DNA of 60,430 nucleotides, filler included, from Sphacelaria rigidula (Eukaryota): assembly GCA_964200075.2 (NCBI GenBank). It is 8 parts of 8 records of this genome, joined end to end, with 100 filler letters (N's around TTAATTAATTAA, not from the genome) between each part and the next. Parts side by side here need not be neighbours in the genome. Positions count along the whole stretch, not along the records: positions 45,399 to 52,864 come from CAXNAA020014805.1; positions 52,965 to 60,430 come from CAXNAA020014806.1; 6 more parts are not named here. One strand, 5' to 3'. This document shows, one piece after another, positions 50,904-60,430 of the stretch (the first letter of the stretch is position 1; each line of letters begins with the position of its first letter). The notes below the pieces were generated by a model, which had not been told where the DNA came from, ran no database searches, and saw nothing but the letters and a program-made list of their open reading frames with translations. Both the position numbers and the translations under genes were made by a program.

Positions 50904-53315
50904 GTGAGCACGTACACACGTGTAGACTGGCAACGAAGGACGCTATGTCGTGTGACCCACCACGAATGGTGAAGGAAGTGTCGAGGGCGGTTCACATGGC
51001 CAGTGCCTTCCCTCTGACCGGACCGACTGCCGACCGGGTGGACGTGAGAAATGATTGACCCCCAACTAACTGCTGCAGTTCACACAGCGAAACGTCGGCT
51101 GTACCCTGCTTTCAATCTGTTGTAAACAGTATATATATTGTGTGCTTTCCAGCGTCACACCTACAGTAATCCCAGCCATGCGGGAAGAAAAAAGCTTGAA
51201 TCATTCCGGATACATTGATATAATAGTTCGGACAGCAGCCCTAGAGATTAGTATCTCCGTCGGTGTCGCCGGAATACGGGCAAGGGTCGACGCGGAACAT
51301 GGAGCATCGTTTGTTGAAGTTTGTGGTACATTATCTGCACGCGAGGCTCCGTTCGTTGCACGAACGATAAGGAGGCGGTATTGACGACTCAATATGATTG
51401 ATTGCTTTTTTACTTGATCGATTGTCGGACATGAAATGATCCCAGGGAATCTATTATGGGTGTGGTCACAACACCAACGCGCCCCCCCCCACACCCCCCC
51501 CCCCCCCCCGAAAAACAAAATGGCAGCATTCGCTAGACGAAAACTAGAGAAGAGGGGAAAAGTGCAGAAAAAAGGACGGAACAGCGGGAACTGAAGAGGA
51601 GAGAAACAAAACCAAACACAAGGCAAAAATATCAGGGTAGAAGAGAGTAAAAATTTTTTGAAACGAGGAAAAACAAGCACAGCACGAAAAAAAACGTCAA
51701 GGTACCGTACATCTCGTACGGATCCCGATGAAAATAGCGCGCGTGCCTTCGGCGGATACGCGTAAATCTTCTCTCCTGCAACGCGCTGAACTGCGCGTGG
51801 CACTGAGCTAGCTTTTGCCATTCTGACCTGAACCATTAGTGTTTTGACGAATGCTTCTGAACTTTATCTCGGGTAGAGGTGAAACTTGTACTCGAACCCG
51901 AAGTTGTCTAGGAGATTTTTCCTACGAGTCTCCCCGCGCGGAATCGCTTCTTGTTGCGCCTCATTTGGTTCTCATTTTTCTAAATCTGATTTTGGGGCAA
52001 AGGTGCAGCCTCTGATACTCCGCCACTGTAAAAGACGGCGCAAAATATAAGGGCGCATCAGAGCAGCATCACTTCTAAGCTTTGGTATGATCGGTGGTAC
52101 GACCTGCCTCCAACGTTTCCCCACGAATCGCCCTGACGCACAACACTTTCCGAAGCGGTCAGTTATGAGGAAGGCGTATCGCTAGGGTAGACAGAGACCT
52201 ACGGGGGAGACTGTCGTTGCAGATGTCGTCCTGATGCCGGAGGAACTCCAAGGCTGGCGATGATTACCTCTTGTGTTATGTAGGCAAGAAGTGGGCCAGA
52301 CATGAGTCTAATCACCGTGGGATGATCAGTTCCTTGGGGGATGCTGGATCGTCCTGAGATCGGGCTCTTCCGGGCATCACCCCGAGTTGTCTAGCATCGT
52401 TGGCATTACAGGGTCTCGGTATTCTGGTCCTTCCGGACCGTTCCTACCTTGTACTTGCATGCGCTGGTTCTTCATACATGTGTGGCATCAATCTCTGATA
52501 TCACTGCAAAGAAGTATCGTCCACACATTGGCTCATACTTCGTATTATATATCAGTATATTGTTTGGTCGTCATCGGAAAATATTTTTTTCCAACCTTGG
52601 ATACATGAACGTGATCGTTTTGTCATCGTTTTAGTTCAGGGTGGTTTCCCGGCGAGGGTTACGAGCAGATTGCCCAGAAAGTTGATTACGCTTCACCGAC
52701 TAGCGTGTTGGTCGTGTTGTGAGAGGGTGTTCTTTCATTTGCGGAATATTTTGTAAAGGATATTTTCTTTCAAGGTATCCTCCACAGCACACGTTTTCGT
52801 GTCTTACGGCCTCTGCGCCCTCCCTCCTCCCCTAGCCTGGTCCGGCGAGAACCCGGCGTGCTCCNNNNNNNNNNNNNNNNNNNNNNNNNNNNNNNNNNNN
52901 NNNNNNNNTTAATTAATTAANNNNNNNNNNNNNNNNNNNNNNNNNNNNNNNNNNNNNNNNNNNNCGGACACCATTGAGAGCTCGTATAAACATAACGGAC
53001 TTTACTTATGGGACAGAGGAAGTATATATATATATATATATATATACTCACTCTTGTGTTTCAAATTCTAACTTTGTGTTCGAGCTGCGACATGGTCCAA
53101 GTCGCAGCAATGGTTGGATTGCTTTCGAAGTTGTTTGGACCTCTCCGTGAGCCTGCTGTTGCCAGTAAGCGCTGTGTCGCTTGTGTCCATGATGTGGTGC
53201 GGCAAACTCGTCGTCTTCCTGCTTTGCACGAGCGCGGCATGTCAGAATTTGACCTCGCAACGAATGGCACCATTCGGTCACGCTCACGATACATTGCCTG
53301 TTGTATTCCGGACAG

Positions 53316-56300
53316 AACTCGTCGGAGGGGGTAACATTCGGGACGGACATGTTCGGCCAGCAGGAGGACAAGGGGGGAGTCTCTTGCGGCATCATGCTTC
53401 TGGGGCTGTACCTAATGTTCGACTCCTTTACTTCCCAGTGGCAAAGTCGGATGTTCACGAAGCACAGGGTACGTGCAGACTCGACTGATGGTGTTCGGTG
53501 TACATATCGTGTGTGTGCAGATTGACCACCCGTGAGGAGGCCACGCCTTCTTCCAACGCCGTTCGTAGTCTCTGCTTTTTTGTTCTTGTGTGAGTAACGT
53601 CATGAGTTTGTTGACTAATTCGCTGTTTGGCCCATATTTGTTGCCCAACTATATTATTGATTCACGTTTTATCGGGATAGTCTCTGCATTGGTGTCTTTT
53701 GGCCTCCGTATACTGTCCAAGAGTTTTACAAGTCGGGCGGATCAAATCATTGGCGATTCGAGCAGTGCGGGCCACGAATATACGTAAGTGGCAACAATGT
53801 GCTGATGATCCCGATCGTTGGGGTTAGCAATATGTTGAATTGAGACGTTTGCCCTGCTCTTCCTGCGCACGGCGATCCTCAATTTTCATTTGCGCGGCAA
53901 GTAATGCCGGCCTTGTTATTTAGGCAAAATCGTTGGAGCGACGTCTTGGTTGAGCTTGTTTTGGAAGACGGACCGTAATGTAGTGCTGATCGGCTCGTGA
54001 TTTTCATGTGACGGGATTTGAGATTTTCCCGGATGCTGTTCATAACCTCAAACGACGCTCTCTTCTCTTCTGTAACATGAACATTTCTGCTGAGCCTGTC
54101 GCTTCTAGCATCGGACAAGATGCGCCGTGAATAAGCGGCAGATGTTGGTTTCCTCCATACCGTCTTCCCCCCTCGCATATGTGCGTGTGTGTTTTGTTGC
54201 CTTTTTTTCTCAATATTTATTGTGGTACAGGATTTGAGTCCCATCCAGATGATGTTCGTCATGACGGCATTCAGCACAATTTTTTCGTTCGTGACCCTGG
54301 TGCACCAAGACGAGCTGGTGCCCTTCTTCAGCTTCGTGTCAGCCAATCCCGAAATTCACCTGCACTTTGTGGCCTTCGGAGTGTGCTCCACAATCGGACA
54401 GCTGCTGATATTCCATACCATCCGCTCATTCGGCGCCGTTGTGTTCGCCATCATCATGACGGTAAGTGCGGCCTTTGCGGCACGCAAAATGGCACATCAT
54501 GTATGGGGATTATGTGTGTAGTGAAAGCATTACGGAACCGCTTGGATTTTTTTCGTTCTAGCGTGTTTTCCCTGACGGTTGAGATGTGCGCGGGCAAGTG
54601 TTGCAGATAATCCAACGTTTCACATTTCTGCCGGTTTGTAGAGAACGACAAGAGTGTAGGGGTAGGTTGCCGGTAGTAGGCCGTGTGGGCGCTCAAACGA
54701 TTGTATCGAGTTGTAAGTTGTGTAACATAGTTGATGTGTTCTTATTCTTCTTTGCAGCGTGTTCAAAACTGGAACGCCGATCGAGGTCGCTCCCCCCTTC
54801 CCCAGCTCTCATTGCCGCGAGCTCCAGCTTGGTCAGCAGGGGTTCCCGACGAGGGTGGGGACAAGCTCACCGCTGTGGTTCCATGCGTGTTGCTTGTGTT
54901 GACGTGTGTTCGTCCTGCGAAGTTGGCGGTGAGGGGTCGGGGATGGGGAGAAATTCCGGCAAACCTCGGGGGCAGACTCACTACACCGCCCGACCATACC
55001 CGCAAGCGCCGCCTGCAGCACGTCCACTTGCCACTGAATATGCGACGTTGTTTTGGCTGTTAAGCGAGAGCTACGTGTGTTGACCACAAACATGCACTAC
55101 TGGTGGCGCGATCGCTGCTACTCTACTACTGCCTTGCATACCGCCGTTGTCCTGAGACGGTAACTCGCTGCTGATCTTAGCTTACTGTACACACGAAGAA
55201 TTTTCACAAGCGCCATGTGTGTAGTGACGCACAATGAATCGCCTAGCGGACCACCAGGGTCCCCTCTTTACATGTAGACTTCACAATTAGTTCAACGACC
55301 AACGAGATGAACACTAGCGGAGCCCACTGGCGAGTGAGGTCGTGAAGAGAGAAGCGGGGTGGTGAGTTCGGAACAGTTTTTTCATTCCCCATTTTCATTT
55401 GTAGACGGTAGTGTCTGGATAGTGTCTCAGATTAAGTTTCATCTGCTGCTGTTGCTTAATACCCTGAAATGATGGGATGTGTGTCCCCGTTGTGCTGGTT
55501 GTGGATATGGCGCGGTGAGCATTTTCGGAACAATGGTGTGAATGTGTTCAACTTCTTGCTTGTGCTATCTTCAAAACCGTGCTGTGACGCGCTTCCAGAG
55601 ACGTGCACTTGACGTGTTTCACTAGCAAAGCAATGTTTCGGCCGAGCTCTTACTTTTGTCCCCATGTGAGCAGTGACCCAACACACTCGTGTCAAAAAGT
55701 CAACTCTCCAGCAATCAATCATTGCCTGTCAGCATTTTGTCTGTGGTATGTTACGACTTCGTGCATGTTAGTTGTATGTTTTGAGTCGCCAGCCAGCGGA
55801 CGTCACGCCACCTGTCGCCACAGGATCACTTGGGCTTTCGACAGAATCTGCAAAAACGGACACGATGGGAATCAACAAGACCGACCCGCGAAGTACGTAC
55901 TGTTGTCGTTCAGCGCTTCAGGGTTATATGTTTAATACGGAGTTACTTCGTTGGCCCCCGCGAGCAACGCTGTCATAATTGGGTGAATGACCACCTATGA
56001 TAACTTGGAGAGTGGACACAGGAACGTAGCTCCAAAAGTCGATTGTGAGACTATTTTGCGAAATGATGCTTGCGAAGGCTGCAAAAATTTGGACTCAAGA
56101 CCTGTTCATATTCGTGGTTTCTCTGCCGATGTGTCCCGACAGGAAACGGTGTGTAGTCGTCGATTAAATGAGCCTTTTACTGACATTATTCGATTATTCG
56201 ACATCGGGTTTTCGGCCTCTACTCTCTTTTTTTGCTATTTTTTCACCCTTGCACAGTTTGTTTCACTTGTTTCACTTGTTTCACTTGTTTCTTGTTGTTT

Positions 56301-57225
56301 CAGACTACTCTCTTCATGACTTTACTGTTTCATCTTCCCCCTTTCTCGCGCCTCCTTCAGCGAGTGTTTCTGTCTGGTTGACGTTGGGCATGCCTATCTT
56401 GCGACCGCAGTGGGATTCCTCGGGTATCAGTTGATGTGCAAAAACCTCACCAATCAATCGAACCAATAGACGAGGGCCTATGCGGCGACCCGCATAAGTT
56501 TTCCCATGCTGAACGTCGAGATGCGGCTTTTTTCAGTATACTTCAGTCGGTAGGCACCATTGTCCTGAAATTTCACCACGTGGTGGAGGCGTTTCTGACA
56601 TTATGTCTATCTCTATGATAATGAGGCCGTGTCTTGGCACACCAATCTTCGATCGAAAAAATGCGGTGGAAATAAAATATTCCGATCTGATAGGTCGTGA
56701 TTTCAACCATCTTCAAAATAAACTCCGATAGTTGAAATTACGACCCATCAGGTTGGAGATTTCCGTTCCCACCGCACATTTTCGATCGGAAAATAATGTG
56801 CGAAGACACGCCCTGATGCATCGCTTCCAAGCTCGATGTTACTGATAGGCGATGTCAGTCAATGCGGTCTGTTGATCGTTTAGGGGCGCTTACGTATCCG
56901 CGTCGGATTTCAACACCCATTTCCTACGCTTCCCCACTGTTTCTATTCTTCCCGGTCACCGTTTGTTATTTCTGTCTCGCGTTCTTGCCTCTACGTGTGT
57001 GCGTCTTACTAGACGAGGATAGCCCTGAGCATCCTCATGTCGTGTCTAATCTACAACCACCCCATCACGGAGCTTGGTCTGCTGGGTATGCTGATCGTGT
57101 TCGGAGCCGTATTTTATAGGATTCTTCGCCGTATGGAAGGGAAAAAACTCTTGGTAATGGAGGGCATGAATACGAGCAAGGGGCAGGAGATGTTCCACGA
57201 GTGGCACGAGCACCTTGACCTCTAG
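53316..57225 (+). CDS. SLC35B/UAA-family transporter, PAPS transporter 1 (SLC35B2)-like; last three exons 53316-53468, 54231-54461, 57013-57225
   Basis: GIMLLGLYLMFDSFTSQWQ, SPIQMMF, STIGQLLIFHTIRSFGAVVFAIIMT|TRIALSILMSCLIYNHP; all phase 0; stop at 57225. Confidence 0.9.
56628..56810. repeat. ~180-bp imperfect hairpin in the last intron of the transporter
   Basis: cgtgtcttggcac...ggtcgtgatttcaaccatc / gatagttgaaattacgacc...gtgcgaagacacg. Confidence 0.8.
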
Positions 57226-58029
57226 CGGAAGTATATTCACGCTTGAATTTTATCTGCTCATGCTCGCTGGGGCCTGGGACCGTTCTCTCGCATGATCTCT
57301 TCGCTAGAGTGTTCACGAGGAACGCTTCTGTGTTAGGACCTTGCATTGGTGAAATGGTCGCTAGATTTTTTCTCAAAGATTTTGGGTTGAAAAGCGGCGC
57401 TCGCGGGCGAAGCACCGTGTGCTGCGTTGCTGGCGAAGTTGTGTGTCGTGGGGTGGCGGTGTATACGTGGATGGAGCAGTCTCCGTGACATGACCCCTGT
57501 GAGGTGATGGCTTTCTTGTAGTTGTGTGTTCGATGATGGAGAGTACATACATGTTTAAAAGTTACTCGCGAGCATTTGTTGCCAGGTCGTGCTGCCGGGG
57601 TAAGTGATGTGTGTGTGTGTGTTTGGTGCGTAATTAATTGAATGTATGGCCAATATACCACGCAGGTATTTTGGTTACGAGACTGTCGTGCGTGCAACAG
57701 CTGGTGACGAGCATTTTTGGTTCTATCCAACGAACGTACCAGCCTCTAACTCCTCAACCGTGAAGCAATCCGTTTAAGTCCGTGCGTGTACTCTTGCATT
57801 CACTGTGTATCAAGTTTAGTATGCGGTCGCCTCTGCAAACAAAAGCGCACAGGTCGCGAACTCCTCAAGATCCAAATCCGCAGTAAGCCCAGTTTCAATT
57901 TTTGTAGTCACACGTAACACATCAACTCTGCAGTACAACACAATCGTCCGCGTGCCCAGCTCGTTTTTTCTAGCCAGTTTCCCCCCCGAGCTATGCTCCT
58001 AACAGCCTTGGTGGTTTCACGTTGTGGTT

Positions 58030-58455
58030 GTTGTCTCAGACCATCTCAGATTCGGCATCGGATTTCTGTGACAGAAGAGTGTTGGATTTTTTTCGTAATA
58101 TATTTTCAGAACCAATCGGCGCTCTTTAAGAACCTACCCAAAATGTGACCCCTCCCACATGCTTTAATCCCTATCGTTGAAATACAGAAGTCCTACAATA
58201 TATATAGCAGTACATAGCATTACACTGAACACAACACAGAAGTCATACAGTTCCAATTTTCAAATTGGTCGTTGTCTCAGGCTATTCCAGATTCAGCACT
58301 GGATTTCTGTGACAGAAAACTGTCTCGTTTTTTTCGGAATACTTTGAAACAAAGAAGCAGAACTTTCCAAAAAACAAGCAGAACTATTCGAAAAACTACT
58401 CAAAGCATGACCCTATTATATAGTACAGGGTACTACACTGAACACAACACAATTC
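58030..58455. repeat. Diverged ~240-bp tandem duplication
   Basis: gttgtctcag...ggatttctgtgacagaa at ~58030 and ~58271; tacactgaacacaacac at ~58222 and ~58434. Confidence 0.7.
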
Positions 58456-58783
58456 TGCAGTGGTATATGGAGTATAGAGTACTACACTGCATACAACACA
58501 ACACAGCACAGCTTCTGCTGTGTTTTTTGGAACCTAAACACGGACCGTATACAGGATGCACCAGCTTCTCTTGTTGCAACGAACAAGGCGCTTCCCACAC
58601 CATCATTTCTGTGCTGTAGTTGTCACTGTGCTGTTGTGCATTTGAACACTCCACAACGAACATGGTGTGATGTGCGCTGGAATTTTTGCCGAGTGCCGAG
58701 AAAGCAAGCATGGACCCATCGACGGGTACGTACCCAGCGCTGTCCCGTACGGTGGCTATCACTCGCAAGGTGCGTGGGTGTTG

Positions 58784-59413
58784 TCGCACGGTCGAAACGC
58801 GGACCGTCTACAATCAAGGGCAGCAGCAGCAGCAGCAGCATCGGCACCGGTTGATGTAGACCCACCCCCAGCCACGTACATTTACTGGCAATGAATATGC
58901 TGCTGATACTAACAAGGGATCTTACAAATTTGGGATGATTTGTTTTTGGGTGATGAAAAACCCGGAGGATTGAAATCTTCGTATCCACACCAAATCGTCG
59001 AAATATGGTTCCATTTCTTCACCTACTAATAGTTATTGACAACTGCTACACACCATAGTAATTTGGATTTCGATCACCGGAATTTTCGGGTCCTAGGTAA
59101 AGAACAATTTTGGGGAAATCCGGGTGTCCGAACGGACGCTAAAACTGCTCCGATTTTGTTTCACCTAGGACCCCGACATTTTGGTAATCGAAATCCAAGT
59201 TTCTACGGTGTGTGGCAGTTGTCAATAGCTATCAGTAGGTATAGAAATGGAACCATATTTCGAAGATTTGGTGTGGATACGAAGATTTCAATCCTCCGGG
59301 TTTCTCATCCCCAATAAAAGATCCATCATTAATTTGTAAGATCCCGTCTTCACTGCTGCTGCTGCTGCTGCTGCTGCTTCTCGTGCGGGAGGCGGTCCGC
59401 GTTTCGTCGTGCG
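58784..59413. mobile_element. Nested foldback: MITE (~58913-59346) inside an outer inverted repeat with (CAG)/(CTG) arms
   Basis: tcgcacggtcgaaacgcggaccg..(gca)n pairs with (ctg)n..cggtccgcgtttcgtcgtgcga. Confidence 0.75.
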
Positions 59414-59490
59414 ATATTACCTAACTGTTCTTGTAAGGTGATCGGAATTTCCCCTTGTTTTTTAATCGCTTGACCATTTTCCTCAGAGGT

Positions 59491-60365
59491 ACGCGAAACC
59501 CGAATGGTTCATTCGCAGCTACCTACTCGACCTTGCGGGACAGATCACGAACTGAGCGCAGGGATACATACACTGCAGTGATAGAAACCGACACCACTAC
59601 TGTTTTGGCATGATGTGTTTTTTTTTGTTGGCGAAAACTTAGGCATCTAATTTTGTGGCAGGGTCCACCGACGGAGTTACGTGTTGGAGTGGGCGATCGA
59701 ATTGCCAACGCGCTCATGGACAGCCGAGACCGCGCAAAACTGCATAATATGGTTCAAATCTGCTTCGCGTTCTCCTGTATACAGAGAGTCAGAAGGCTGT
59801 GCTGTCTGTCAAATCTGTTGTATGCCGCGTTGCCCGCTTCTTGCCCACGTCGTGTCCACATGCTGCGCGAAACACACACACTATCTACACAACACAGTAG
59901 TACAGGGCGCCACTACTGCTGTACAGTCTGTACTGTACTATATATAGGTAAAAAGAAGTACCTATGTTGCAGACGACCCTGCCGGATACTATCTCTTCAC
60001 AGAATTACGCAAAACCCAAATGGTTCATTCGCAGCTGCCTGCCCAACCCTGCGGCATAGATCACGAACTCAGCACAGGGATATACACCGCAGCAGTAATA
60101 GGAAACCGACACCACGACTGTTTTGGCATGATGTGTTCTTTTTTGTTGGCGAATACTTGGGCATCTAATTTTGTGGCAGGGTCCACCGACGGAGTTGCGT
60201 GTCGGGGTGTGCGATCAAATTGCCAACGCGCTCATGGACAGTAGAGGCGGTGAAAAACTGCACATGGTTCAAATCTGCCTCGCATCCTCCTGTTCGCAGA
60301 GAGTCAGAAAGCTGTGCTGTCTGTCAAATGTGCTGTGTATCGCGTTGCCCGATTTTTTTCCACAT
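59491..60365. repeat. Direct duplication of a ~360-bp unit (~59491-59860, ~60007-60365)
   Basis: aatggttcattcgcagct...ggcagggtccaccgacggagtt...gctgtgctgtctgtcaaat present in both. Confidence 0.85.
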
Positions 60366-60430
60366 AACAGGGTTGCCAGAAAAATGAGAAGGTCTTTTGA
60401 AATGAGAATCCACCGCTCCCCGGGATTGTG

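Noticed and set aside
30867-57225. Sulfotransferase + ankyrin gene + PAPS transporter as a fucoidan sulfation cluster
   Set aside because: They lie on three different size-sorted scaffolds joined by artificial spacers; there is no evidence of linkage.

Overview
Eukaryotic, intron-rich, repeat-rich DNA, most consistent with a brown alga (inferred from gene style and repeat types, not proven). It is not one locus: seven 100-nt N spacers containing TTAATTAATTAA recur every 7566-7567 nt, so these are eight unlinked, size-sorted scaffolds of 7466-7467 nt. Scaffold 1 (1-7467) is a decayed Ty3/Gypsy LTR retrotransposon. Its pol carries, in frame between RNase H and integrase, a ~300-aa C5 cytosine DNA methyltransferase-like domain lacking the catalytic PC and ENV motifs, and its integrase ends in a chromodomain-like plus Tudor-like tail. 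This is the main candidate novel system. Other scaffolds hold the 3' nine exons of a SEL1L/Hrd3-like gene (probable GC-AG intron), a second Gypsy element with RT and RNase H deleted, two exons of a Gal3ST-family sulfotransferase, two ankyrin-like exons, the last three exons of an SLC35B2/PAPST1-like transporter, and many MITEs, foldbacks, tRNA-derived SINEs and an abundant ~570-bp repeat.
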